From Prevotella sp. (GTDB taxonomy: Bacteria; Bacteroidota; Bacteroidia; Bacteroidales; Bacteroidaceae): a stretch of 64,000 nt of DNA. Under the pieces are notes generated by a model. The model did no database searches and was not told the DNA's origin. It saw only the letters and a program-made list of their open reading frames with translations. Of the stretch, positions 1 to 9,566 are shown one piece after another. Position 1 is the first letter of the stretch, and the number at the start of each line of letters is the position of its first letter. The position numbers and the translations under genes are program-made. The stretch covers positions 16,913-80,912 of the forward strand of contig JAFLSF010000001.1 of the NCBI GenBank assembly GCA_022511045.1, in the 5' to 3' direction.

Positions 1-2
1 GT

Positions 3-941
3 TTTGCTATCCAGCGCTTGAATGCTACTCAGGCATTCAATGCCTTGGGTTCAGTGGTAGGTATGTTGGTGGCTATTGACGTTCACTCTCACCTCACCCC
101 TGTTGAGTCGCATCTTCGTCAACGTCTGCCGTTGCAGCAGTTTGAGAGTATCAAAGACAGCGATTTGGGCATTCTCATTCAGCCATATATTTTCATCGGA
201 GCTATAGTTATCATTATGTTAGTGCTGGTAGCCTTGATGAAGATGCCTAAGAATATGGACATCCATACCAAGCAGGGAACTATGAATACTTTGAAGAATT
301 TGCTTCGCCAAAAGCCTTATCGGGAGGGAGTGATTGCCGAGTTCTTTTATATTGGTGCCCAAGTATGTTGTTGGACGTTTATTATACAATATGGTACGCG
401 TGTATTCACTGCAGAGGGCATGACGGAACAGGCCGCAGAGGTCCTGTCGCAGAAATATAATGCAATAGCGCTAATATTCTTTGCAGCAGGGCGCTTTGTT
501 TGCGCCAGCCTTATGCGTTATTTCCCTGCCAGCCGCATTTTGTCCACATTGGCTATTATTGGCTGTGCAACCATCTTGGGTATTATCTTGTTCTCCGACC
601 GCAATGGAGTCTATTGTCTGGTTATTGTCAGTGCCTGCTTGTCGCTTATGTTCCCCACCATTTATGGTATAGCCCTTCTGGACGTGCCTGTCGAGAACAT
701 CAAGATTGCTGGTGCAGGTCTCATCATGGCCATTCTTGGCGGGTCTTTCTTCCCGCTTATTCAGGCACTTATTATCCAGCAGCGCGTTTCTATACTTGGA
801 TTGCCCAGTACCAACGTGTCATTCATTATCCCACTATTATGTTTGGGAGTTATTGTCTGGTATGGTCATCGCTCCTACGTCCGCTATCACATTGTCAGCG
901 ACGACGGCGAATCTCCATCCACAGCACTATCAGTAATATAA
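3..941 (+). CDS. fucP: L-fucose:H+ symporter-like MFS permease (5' end outside window)
   Basis: Open frame from the window edge. FucP-family motifs QRLNATQAFN, EFFYIGAQVCCWTFII, SLMFPTIYG and LIMAILGG; many TM segments. Confidence 0.75.
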   Translation, partial: FAIQRLNATQAFNALGSVVGMLVAIDVHSHLTPVESHLRQRLPLQQFESIKDSDLGILIQPYIFIGAIVIIMLVLVALMKMPKNMDIHTKQGTMNTLKNLLRQKPYREGVIAEFFYIGAQVCCWTFIIQYGTRVFTAEGMTEQAAEVLSQKYNAIALIFFAAGRFVCASLMRYFPASRILSTLAIIGCATILGIILFSDRNGVYCLVIVSACLSLMFPTIYGIALLDVPVENIKIAGAGLIMAILGGSFFPLIQALIIQQRVSILGLPSTNVSFIIPLLCLGVIVWYGHRSYVRYHIVSDDGESPSTALSVI

Positions 942-3381
942 TCACCAACACGGCATAGGCCATATAAGCTATGGTCTCTGTGTGGGTAATGCTCTTTGGG
1001 GTGAAGCTTAGTACTATTTCGTGCTTTCCAGGCTTCACCTGTAAAGCTCTTAGTACATAGTTTACGCGTCCTAATTCTTGTTCTTCGCCGTCTATGGTTG
1101 CCGTCCAGCCAGGATAGTAAATCTCTGAAAATACCACAACTCCGCCTTTGCCCGAGTTAACCTCATAGGTCAGTAGGTTGGGCTCATAGGCTTTCAGTCG
1201 CACTACACTCAGCGTGTCTTGCTCTATGGCCTTCCCTAATTGTGGCTCGAATTTCTTGTCTGCTACGGCTTCATGGCGTAGTGCCAATTGTCCAATCTTG
1301 TCCAGTTCTTCATTGGCGGTACTTACATAATACAAATGGTCTACAAACCACGCATTTCCGTAAGTGTAGGGATTCTCCAAATGAAGCTTTCCACTCTGTA
1401 AAGGTACGATTATGTACTTGGTGTTGAGCATGTTCAATACGGGGAATATACTATCGCCATTGATAGCTTTCATATCCCCTAACGCCTCGTTAAATGCGCG
1501 CCCAAACTTGTTGATTTCTGGCTGTATATAGGCGTTAACCAGTTCTTGATAGCGACGAAGTTTGGCCGCATGATAACCGCCGATGCTTTTTAGATAAAAT
1601 GACGTCTCGTTCTCGTTGAAGGTGTCTGAGGCAAGGTTTAACACTCGATAGTCCAAAGAGGTGTCTTTCAGAATGTGCTCAATGGCATCCGATTTTGGCA
1701 TTGGAGCCTCACGTAGGTTGGCCGATACAAACATTTGGTCATTCAGATAGCGCTTGTTTACCTGCCACATGTCTATCAGGCATAAGACTAAAAGCAGTCC
1801 GACCATCCATGAAGTTTGCAACTTCTTGTACCTATAGGCCAGTAGAATAGCGGTACCAATGCAGACTATCAGTACGGTGCGCCAGCAGTCGGCGGTAAAG
1901 ACAGCAAGTCGTACCTTGGCAATGTTCTCGAGGAACTGCGATAGATACTCCTCTGGCAACATACTTCTCAATTGTTGTACGTCTGCAAATGAAGTGAAGT
2001 CGAAGAAGGCGGCGGGCATTAGGGCAAACAAGGTTGCGAAACCAGCCGTCAAAGCAAAGGAAATCCATACGTACTTCAAGGGCACTCCTTCGCCTTCCTT
2101 TCTTCTCTTAATAAACTCTTTCAGTGCCAGCATAGCCAGTAGTGGGATGGTAAATTCGGCAATGACCAGTATTGACGAAACAGTACGGAATTTGGCATAC
2201 ATGGGCACGTAGTCGATGAAAAAGTCTGTCATCGGCATGAAATTATGTCCCCACGACAACAAGATGCTAAGAACGGTAACCGCCAATAGCGCCCACTTCA
2301 TGGGTCCCTTTACAATGAATAAACCGAGGAAGAATAGCATCAGCACAAAAGCGCCGACATAGACGGGGCCTGCCGTAAAAGGTTGGTCACCCCAGTACAG
2401 ATACCACTGACCCACATAATCGGCCAGCTCTGGGTCACACTTCTTCATGGCCTCTTGTTGCTCATTTAAATGAATATGGTGTGAGCCGCCTTTGGCATTG
2501 GGTATCAGTAGGGTCCACGTTTCGTCAATGCCATAGCTCCATTGCGTGATATAGTCGCGGTCCAATCCGCTTGAGGTCTGATTCTCCGCATTTTGTTTCA
2601 CCAATTCGCTTTTGCCACGCATAGACTCTTGGCTATACTGCCACGTATGATAGAGGTTCGACAGGTTCAGACAAACGGCAATAGCCGCCGCTCCCAAGCA
2701 GGCAGCAGTTGCTTTTAACAAATGCTTATACTCTTTCTTGCGCAGGCCGTCTATGAAGAAAGCTACCACCATTGCTAAGATGACAAACAAGTAGTAGTAA
2801 GTCATCTGGACATGGTTGGCCAGCACCTCAAAGGCACCAAAGACTGCGGTTACCAACATACCCCATAAGTATTTTCCTCTGAAAGCCAGCACCACACCAG
2901 CAATCATCGGGGGAAGGTAGGCCAGCGCCATTACCTTCCAAATGTGTCCTGCGGCAATGATGATGAAAAAATAGCTGGAAAAAGCCCAGACAATAGCCCC
3001 TAATGCCGCCAAGTGTTGGCGGAAATCAAAGGCGCGAAGCAGAATGTAAAAGCCTAATAAGTAGGCAAATACATACCACACATTCTCGGGCAGCCAAAGA
3101 TGGTAGGTTTTTGTAGCCTCAGACAACAATTCCGTGCTGTGGTACGACGGCGATAACTGATAGGTTGGCATACCGCCAAACAACGCATTCGTCCAGCGTG
3201 TCCGCTCTCCCGTTCGTTGGTAATATTCCATAGCCTCCTGTCCCGCTCCACGTCCCGCCGACGCATCATGGCGATACAGTATTCTGCCCTCAATGTCGGC
3301 AGGAAAGAAATAGGCAAAAGATATTGTGACAAACAAGACGACCACTAAGACGTCTGGCAACCATAATTTCCAGTTCTTCAT
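895..3381 (-). CDS. YfhO family polytopic membrane protein (GT-C-like)
   Basis: 828 aa with many TM helices; Bacteroidetes YfhO motifs WTNALFGGMPTY, SIGGYHAAKLRRYQ and VFSEIYYPGW. Confidence 0.8.
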   Translation of the reverse strand: MKNWKLWLPDVLVVVLFVTISFAYFFPADIEGRILYRHDASAGRGAGQEAMEYYQRTGERTRWTNALFGGMPTYQLSPSYHSTELLSEATKTYHLWLPENVWYVFAYLLGFYILLRAFDFRQHLAALGAIVWAFSSYFFIIIAAGHIWKVMALAYLPPMIAGVVLAFRGKYLWGMLVTAVFGAFEVLANHVQMTYYYLFVILAMVVAFFIDGLRKKEYKHLLKATAACLGAAAIAVCLNLSNLYHTWQYSQESMRGKSELVKQNAENQTSSGLDRDYITQWSYGIDETWTLLIPNAKGGSHHIHLNEQQEAMKKCDPELADYVGQWYLYWGDQPFTAGPVYVGAFVLMLFFLGLFIVKGPMKWALLAVTVLSILLSWGHNFMPMTDFFIDYVPMYAKFRTVSSILVIAEFTIPLLAMLALKEFIKRRKEGEGVPLKYVWISFALTAGFATLFALMPAAFFDFTSFADVQQLRSMLPEEYLSQFLENIAKVRLAVFTADCWRTVLIVCIGTAILLAYRYKKLQTSWMVGLLLVLCLIDMWQVNKRYLNDQMFVSANLREAPMPKSDAIEHILKDTSLDYRVLNLASDTFNENETSFYLKSIGGYHAAKLRRYQELVNAYIQPEINKFGRAFNEALGDMKAINGDSIFPVLNMLNTKYIIVPLQSGKLHLENPYTYGNAWFVDHLYYVSTANEELDKIGQLALRHEAVADKKFEPQLGKAIEQDTLSVVRLKAYEPNLLTYEVNSGKGGVVVFSEIYYPGWTATIDGEEQELGRVNYVLRALQVKPGKHEIVLSFTPKSITHTETIAYMAYAVLVIILLIVLWMEIRRRR

Positions 3382-3407
3382 AACGTTTACTCCTTATATT
3401 TCGTGTG

Positions 3408-3415
3408 CAAAGGTA
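3408..3415 (-). promoter_or_regulatory. Bacteroidetes -7 promoter box for yfhO
   Basis: TACCTTTG on the minus strand matches TAnnTTTG, about 27 nt upstream of the start codon. Confidence 0.6.
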
Positions 3416-3464
3416 CAAATAAGCGAGTAAAAAGCCAAAAGATTTTTGCTTTTTCAAGCAAGCC

Positions 3465-4493
3465 TTACTTGTGGAACCAGTGCCTCGTACCATTGGCGAT
3501 ACGGACGAGCGTCAGCATGACTGGTACCTCCACCAATACGCCGACTACCGTAGCCAGCGCAGCCCCCGATTGCAAACCGAACAGTGAAATGGCCACTGCT
3601 ACGGCTAACTCGAAAAAATTGCTTGCACCAATCATGCCAGCTGGTGCGGCAATCGAATGGGGTAGCTTCCACCATTTTGCCCAGCCATAAGCGACAAAGA
3701 AAATACAGACGGTCTGCAAAATGAGCGGTACAGCAATCAAGACGATATGCGCAGGATTCGACAAAATAGTCTCGCCTTGGAATGAGAACAAAATGACGAG
3801 TGTCAAAAGGAGTCCAAGTATTGTGATATTGTCAAACTTATGAACAAAGACACTGTTGAAGTAGTCTACGCCACGACGACGGACAACCACAAGGCGAGTA
3901 ACGACACCAGCGGTCAACGGGATGACCACAAACAACAGGACGGACAGCAGGAGCGTATCCATCGGCACGACGACTCCACCGATACCAAGTAACAAAGCTA
4001 CAATTGGAGCAAACGCCACAAGGATAATCAAGTCGTTGACTGCCACCTGTACTAGCGTATAGGCGGCATCGCCTTTTGTAAGATAACTCCAGACAAAGAC
4101 CATAGCCGTACACGGTGCTGCCCCAAGCAATACAGCCCCAGCCAGATACTCGTCGGCAAGGCCGATGGGAATCCATGTATGGAACACCACAAAGAAGAAT
4201 ACCCACGCAATGCCGAACATCGTAAACGGTTTGATGAGCCAGTTGGTTACACAGGTCACGACGATGCCTTTAGGCTGGCGCGCCACATTGCGTATGCTCT
4301 GGAAGTCGACCTTGAGCATCATCGGGTAAATCATCAACCATATCAATACCGCAATCGGTATTGACACATTTGCATACTCCCATCGCCCAAGTGTTTCGGG
4401 GATAGCGGGCAGGAGCTGTCCAATAGCAATGCCTACTACAATGCACAACGCTACCCATAGTGTCAAGTATTTCTCAAAGAACGTCATAATCAC
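3465..4493 (-). CDS. acr3: Acr3 family arsenite efflux transporter
   Basis: FFEKYLTLWV, LIWLMIYPMM, GAAPCTAMVFVWS, GASNFFELAVAVAI and VGVLVEVPVM motifs. The start may be the ATG at 4487. Confidence 0.92.
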   Translation of the reverse strand: MIMTFFEKYLTLWVALCIVVGIAIGQLLPAIPETLGRWEYANVSIPIAVLIWLMIYPMMLKVDFQSIRNVARQPKGIVVTCVTNWLIKPFTMFGIAWVFFFVVFHTWIPIGLADEYLAGAVLLGAAPCTAMVFVWSYLTKGDAAYTLVQVAVNDLIILVAFAPIVALLLGIGGVVVPMDTLLLSVLLFVVIPLTAGVVTRLVVVRRRGVDYFNSVFVHKFDNITILGLLLTLVILFSFQGETILSNPAHIVLIAVPLILQTVCIFFVAYGWAKWWKLPHSIAAPAGMIGASNFFELAVAVAISLFGLQSGAALATVVGVLVEVPVMLTLVRIANGTRHWFHK

Positions 4494-4503
4494 ATAGATA
4501 GTT

Positions 4504-5080
4504 TTACAATATAATATTAAATAGGTATCCTAAAGCTGTGATAATCAATGTTGTGACCCCAAAGAAAATGCCTACCAGTCGCCAAGTCATAACTTTCTTG
4601 AGCATGGTTGCCTCAGGAATGGATAAACCTACGACGGCCATCATAAAGGCAAGGGCTGTACCAATGGGTATTCCTTTGGTGACAAATACCTGTACTATTG
4701 GAACAATGCCTGCAGCATTGGCATACATTGGTACCGCGAGAATAACAGAGGCTGGTACGGCAAACCAGTTATCAGCACCCATCCATTGTGCGAAGAATTC
4801 ATCGGGCACAAAACCATGAATACCAGCACCAATGGAAATACCAATAATGATATAGAAGAACACACCTCGAACAATGTCCCATGCATCGCGAAGGATGAGA
4901 GGAAAGCGCTGGACGAATGGAACTTTCTCTACATTCCATTTCTCTGTTTCGTTAACAGATTGTTCCTGAATTTGCTTGACCCAAGGCGTGAGCAACCTCT
5001 CAAGTCTCATTTTGCTGAGAATACCTCCACCTATCATACCCATTACGATACCACTTGTTACATAAATACATGTGTCCGCA
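4504..5080 (-). pseudogene. arsP: C-terminal half of an ArsP (DUF318) permease, 5'-truncated
   Basis: GAGIHGFVP, AVPMYANAAGIVP, GIPIGTALAFMMAVVGLSIPE motifs. The N-terminal half is missing and similarity starts abruptly at about 5079. Confidence 0.7.
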
Positions 5081-5290
5081 GGCTATCATGCTTTGAATGG
5101 ATTCACGTGAGGCAATATCCGTTTCTACGGCAACGGTGTCGAAACCAGCCTCACTCAATATTTTTGCAATCACCTCAGCGTTCTCCTTACGTTTGTCACC
5201 GACGATGATTTTCATCCCGTAACCCATACGACGGGCTATCGCCATTCCTATTTGGCCTGCTCCTATTAGCAGCATTACACCTTTTCCCAT
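5000..5290 (-). pseudogene. N-terminal fragment of an SDR oxidoreductase
   Basis: MGKGVMLLIGAGQIGMAIARR Rossmann start and ETDIASRESI. After about 70 aa the frame runs into out-of-frame arsP sequence and stops, with no YxxxK. Confidence 0.7.
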
Positions 5291-5321
5291 ATTACGTGTC
5301 GTTAGGTATTGTTGTTTAGTT

Positions 5322-5393
5322 GATTGCAAAGATAGTGCAAATCGTGTGAAATACAAAATAAATTCACTTTTTTTAATTTCCAGCGATGCTGCC
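5322..5393 (-). promoter_or_regulatory. Hairpin-promoter module, copy 1 (TATCTTTG -7 box)
   Basis: The last 42 nt are 38/42 identical to 44665-44706 and end in a TAnnTTTG box. Confidence 0.6.
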
Positions 5394-5501
5394 AATCAAA
5401 GTTAAACTTGGATGCAGAGATGTAATATTCCTTATCTTGAGTTGTACACAATTTATGTCTTTGCATGCAACCGTTTGATGGAATATGATTCAGTGTAAAA
5501 A

Positions 5502-5615
5502 CGAGGCTCTATTTTGCCGCCAACGAGTATAGGCCTCGTCGCCCTTGAGTATAGGCCTCAATGCTTGTGAGAATAGGCCTCGTTAATGGCGAGCCTTATG
5601 CTTGATTTTAGCGAG
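5502..5615. repeat. 22-bp period array of YGAG-N7-CTCR units (array A)
   Basis: Units start at 5502, 5524, 5546, 5568, 5590 and 5612, e.g. CGAG-TATAGGC-CTCG, TGAG-TATAGGC-CTCA, TGAG-AATAGGC-CTCG, separated by 7-nt linkers. Confidence 0.85.
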
Positions 5616-5735
5616 AATAAGAGAACTGGTAATTACGTTAAATCGTATTAAAACGTATCAAGACGTATGGAGGGTAGCAGAAAATATTGTATCTTTGCGA
5701 ACATCATGAATAAGCATTTGATTATCAATAAGGAT

Positions 5736-6518
5736 ATGACTACGGCAAGGGAGATTATTGACTGCTTAGAGGCGTTGCGAGATGACGAACAGCGTGAGGT
5801 GTTGATGCGTTTCTTTAAGACTGAACGTGGCGAATACGGTTACGGTGACGATTTCTTGGGGGTGCGAGTGCCGCAGACACGAGAGGTGGCCCGACAAGCA
5901 AAAGACGTGTCGCTGAGCGAAGTCCCAGAATTGCTGATGTCTAAGTGGCATGAAGTGCGGCTCTGTGGGTTCTTGATATTGGCGATGAGATTTGAGCGTT
6001 TGGCAGCTAAACGCCTTGTGGATGATGTTGAAGCCATTCGCAAGCGCGACGAGATACTGCTACTTTACTTGGAATATGCCGAGCGAGCTAATAATTGGGA
6101 CTTGGTAGACCTTTCGGCTCCGAAAATCTTGGGTCATTGGCTGCTCCTGCCTACAAAACTGGGCAACGGAACGGAAGAATACAAGTGGCGGCTATTAGAC
6201 GAACTTGCTCAAAGTGGAAACCTCTGGCGGCAACGTATGAGTATGGTTTGTACGTGGAAGACTACGCAACAGGGCGACCCGTCGTGGTGTTTGCGCTATG
6301 CTGAGATGCTGTTGCTACACCCTCACGACTTGATGCACAAAGCCGTAGGGTGGATGCTGCGTGAAATGGGTAAGCGTGTGTCAATGGACCTGCTTCGCGA
6401 GTTCCTGCGCCAGCATGTTCACGAAATGCCCCGCACCACGTTACGCTATGCCATTGAGAAAATGACAGAGACAGAAAGAAAGCAATGGATGGCGATGCCT
6501 GTCAGCAAGCACAAATGA
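5736..6518 (+). CDS. AlkD-family DNA alkylation repair protein
   Basis: RFFKT..GEYGYGDDFLGVRVP, NNWDLVD, LWRQR and HDLMHKAVGWMLREMGK motifs. Start placed downstream of the TATCTTTG box at 5690-5697 (alternative ATG 5706). Confidence 0.85.
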   Translation: MTTAREIIDCLEALRDDEQREVLMRFFKTERGEYGYGDDFLGVRVPQTREVARQAKDVSLSEVPELLMSKWHEVRLCGFLILAMRFERLAAKRLVDDVEAIRKRDEILLLYLEYAERANNWDLVDLSAPKILGHWLLLPTKLGNGTEEYKWRLLDELAQSGNLWRQRMSMVCTWKTTQQGDPSWCLRYAEMLLLHPHDLMHKAVGWMLREMGKRVSMDLLREFLRQHVHEMPRTTLRYAIEKMTETERKQWMAMPVSKHK

Positions 6519-7183
6519 CGATAGCGATGAAAGAGTGGAATATGGATTTGCAATCGGAGTACCTAAATATTGACAATATTGAGAAGAGTGCAGACGGTGT
6601 GGAGTATCACCCGCTCATCCCGTTTTTGCCCTCAAATGCAAAGGTGTTGTTCTTGGGTAGTTTCCCTCCCCAGCGTAAGCGGTGGTGCATGAACTTTTAT
6701 TACCCGAACTTCATTAACGACCATTGGCGGATAGAGGGTGAGGTGTTTTTCGGCAACCGCAACCATTTTGTATGTACCAATGCCAAAGCGTTTAGACTGA
6801 AGGAAATTGTGGCGTTCTGCCAAAAGAAAGGTATCGCATTCTTTGATACCGCATGTGCCGTGCGTCGTTTGAAGGACAATGCTGCCGACGAGTTCTTAGA
6901 GGTGGTTGAGCCTACCGATATTCGTGCCCTCCTGCAACAATTGTCTCATTGCGAGATAGTCGTCACCACAGGCAAGAAGGCAACAGATACACTTTGCCAA
7001 TACTTTAACATAACAGATAGTCCAAAGGTTGGTGCTTTCGTTCCCATTCCTGCAGTAGTTAATGGTGATGGTCGGCAAGTGAATTTGTACCGCCTCCCCT
7101 CGTCGTCGCGCGCCTATCCACTATCGTTTGAAAAGAAAGTGGCTTTTTATCGCGAAATGTTTGCATGGATAGGTCTCTGTTAG
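6515..7183 (+). CDS. Uracil-DNA glycosylase superfamily protein
   Basis: HPLIPFLP..AKVLFLGSFPP, FYYPNFINDHW and LPSSSRAY motifs. The ATGA overlap with the upstream stop suggests translational coupling. Confidence 0.75.
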   Translation: MTIAMKEWNMDLQSEYLNIDNIEKSADGVEYHPLIPFLPSNAKVLFLGSFPPQRKRWCMNFYYPNFINDHWRIEGEVFFGNRNHFVCTNAKAFRLKEIVAFCQKKGIAFFDTACAVRRLKDNAADEFLEVVEPTDIRALLQQLSHCEIVVTTGKKATDTLCQYFNITDSPKVGAFVPIPAVVNGDGRQVNLYRLPSSSRAYPLSFEKKVAFYREMFAWIGLC

Positions 7184-7202
7184 GTATTGTGGCGGCTAAT
7201 GC

Positions 7203-9566
7203 TTAGAACGGATAGCCAATGGCAAAGTGTAGTGTCTGGTCGCCTTTGAAAGTACGGGCATTGAAGTAGCCAGACTTGTCGGTATCGTAAGGTACGTGCA
7301 ACCCGAATCCCCAGTCAAGACGCAGAACGAGGAAGTCGAGGTCGTAGCGCAAGCCTACTCCCGTTCCTACGGCCATCTGGCGTGCCATATCTTTCAATCG
7401 GAACTTACCTTGTTCGGCTAATTGTGTGTTCTGATTATAGCCGCCCATATCATTGCGCAAATTCCAAATGTTGCCTGCATCAAGGAATACTGCACCATAA
7501 AGGCTTCCAAAAACTTGGCGGCGGTACTCGAGGTTTACTACAAATTTCATATCGCCGTTTTGCATGAGATAAGAATAAGCCTTGTTCCCAACGCCAGGAA
7601 AACTGCCTGGACCGATGGCGCGAACAGAGAAAGCACGGATGCTGTTGGCACCACCTACATAGAACATTTCGCTGTTGGGAATCCAGTTGCTGTTGCCGTA
7701 GGCATAAATAATGCCAGCATTGACGTGGGCTACAAGTGTTGATTTGCGGTCCAGCGTCCACGTCTTGCTAAAGTCGGTTTCGAGTTTGAGGAACTGCGAG
7801 TAAGGATTTTTGAACATTAGTTTGTCCTTGTCGTTCCACTTCTTCCCCATCGCAACGTCGTAGAGTGCCACAACGTTGCCAGACTCGGCAATGGTAGTCT
7901 CCCAGTGAATCGGGTGTAGCCGCCGCGAGGGACTGGTGTAGGTGTAAGTGTAGCGCATCTCAGGGATAAAATAGTCCTGCATGGTCGTGCGCAGATAGGG
8001 ATTTTCCATCATCACGGCATCGAATTCGCTGGTATGGCTGTTCATAAACTGATACTTCACCGTGAGTGGAGAAAACTCATGACGGCTGGACTCGGAGGTG
8101 CGCCAGCGGTAGGTCCACTCGCCGCTCACTACGTGCATTTTGTAATACCCTGGGCGATAGATGATATTAGTAGCTAACTTGGCAAGTGTAGAGGGTGTGG
8201 AATAGAACATACGCCGACGGCGGAGACGGCCAGTCTTGTCGCGGCGAAACATTCTATTGGAGATGAAGGGTGCAATGAGACGCGGAAACTCCACTGAAGC
8301 ATCTGCACCGTATTCATAGTTATTCATAGACGAGCCGTTACTGGTGGCCCATTCGTAAGAACCATGTATGTTGATGTCAATTTTCTCGGCACCACGAAAG
8401 GCATTGCGGCGGGTGACACCCATCTTCAACTCGGGGCCTACGCGTCCGATGGTGCGGGCATTGATGTCCGTCTCAATATAGAAGTCCCAGGGCTTGTCAA
8501 AAGTACAGTTGAGCGTAAGGTCAAGCGTGTCACATAGAGCCGAGCTGTCACGTGGCGTAAACTGGAACTGGGTAGACGAGAAAAGTCCCAAAGCATTGAT
8601 TTTGTTAGAGGTTTCCAGATAGTCATCGTAACTGTAGGGCTTGCGCGGCTGTAACTTCATGTCGGCTAACATCACGCGGGGACGGATGGGTGGCTTCTTG
8701 CCAGAGAAACGGATAGTGAGGAAACGGCGCTGCAGCGAATCGGTTGGTTGCTCCATATACGAGTTACGCATATTGATGGCAATGCGCCCAATATACCATT
8801 TGTGCTTGGCACGCACGGATATTCCGCTGGCTAACTGAAGGCGCAACTGCGCCTTCCCGTCAATCAAAAAAGTGTCGGCCAGATAAGAAGCATACTCAGG
8901 CTGATAATAGTAGTAGCCGTTGTTGCGCAACAACGTGCTGATGCGCTGTCGTTCGTTGTCGAGGTTAGCCGCCACAAAAGGGTCGCCACGATGAATGACA
9001 GCCTCGTCCAACGTGGCGTGTATCATGCTGTCGGCCTCGGTAGGATAGCCTAAATAGGCGATGCTGTCGATAGTGTAGAGGTGGCCAGGTTTGACGGTGT
9101 ACTGTATTTTGGCTTCCTTAGGATTTCTCTGTGTGATGGTTTCATAGCTTACTTGTCCATTGAAATAGCCATTATTGCGCAATACCGTACGGGCTACACC
9201 TGCACGCAACTCTGGATTGACCCACGACATCAGTATGGGTTGCTTGCCGAATGTTTTGGTCATCCAGCGGGCAAAGCCAGTCTCTTTGTTAGCATATTTG
9301 TTCCATACGGTGACCCCCCACGAGAACGGCATGCGGTAGTAGCTACTGCCAAACAGCGAACCGTTGGGTGCCGTTGCTAAAGCTGCCTCTACTTCCTCCT
9401 GTGTAGTGATGAGGTGGTCGTTCTGCTCTGCATCCAGATAGACAATGTTTTTCAAACCAGTAAACAATTGGTCTTCCTCTGGTATGTTCTTTGTCATAGA
9501 ACATGAGACGACGAAGAAAGAAACAATAGACAACAGGAGACAAGAGAATAGCTTATTTCGTTTCAT
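7203..9566 (-). CDS. BamA/TamA-family outer membrane lipoprotein (Omp85)
   Basis: Lipoprotein signal MKRNKLF...VVSC, POTRA-like region, FYVGGANSIRAF and C-terminal LHFAIGYPF; adjacent to tamB. Confidence 0.85.
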   Translation of the reverse strand: MKRNKLFSCLLLSIVSFFVVSCSMTKNIPEEDQLFTGLKNIVYLDAEQNDHLITTQEEVEAALATAPNGSLFGSSYYRMPFSWGVTVWNKYANKETGFARWMTKTFGKQPILMSWVNPELRAGVARTVLRNNGYFNGQVSYETITQRNPKEAKIQYTVKPGHLYTIDSIAYLGYPTEADSMIHATLDEAVIHRGDPFVAANLDNERQRISTLLRNNGYYYYQPEYASYLADTFLIDGKAQLRLQLASGISVRAKHKWYIGRIAINMRNSYMEQPTDSLQRRFLTIRFSGKKPPIRPRVMLADMKLQPRKPYSYDDYLETSNKINALGLFSSTQFQFTPRDSSALCDTLDLTLNCTFDKPWDFYIETDINARTIGRVGPELKMGVTRRNAFRGAEKIDINIHGSYEWATSNGSSMNNYEYGADASVEFPRLIAPFISNRMFRRDKTGRLRRRRMFYSTPSTLAKLATNIIYRPGYYKMHVVSGEWTYRWRTSESSRHEFSPLTVKYQFMNSHTSEFDAVMMENPYLRTTMQDYFIPEMRYTYTYTSPSRRLHPIHWETTIAESGNVVALYDVAMGKKWNDKDKLMFKNPYSQFLKLETDFSKTWTLDRKSTLVAHVNAGIIYAYGNSNWIPNSEMFYVGGANSIRAFSVRAIGPGSFPGVGNKAYSYLMQNGDMKFVVNLEYRRQVFGSLYGAVFLDAGNIWNLRNDMGGYNQNTQLAEQGKFRLKDMARQMAVGTGVGLRYDLDFLVLRLDWGFGLHVPYDTDKSGYFNARTFKGDQTLHFAIGYPF

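Noticed and set aside
895..941. 47-bp convergent overlap of the fucP-like and yfhO 3' ends
   Set aside because: Short tail-to-tail overlaps are common and the fucP tail looks like a non-conserved extension.
5502..5615. CRISPR array interpretation of the repeat-spacer pattern (also 41891-41993 and 57920-58000)
   Set aside because: Repeats are 15 nt and spacers only 7 nt, far below CRISPR sizes. Orientation is mixed and no cas gene is present.
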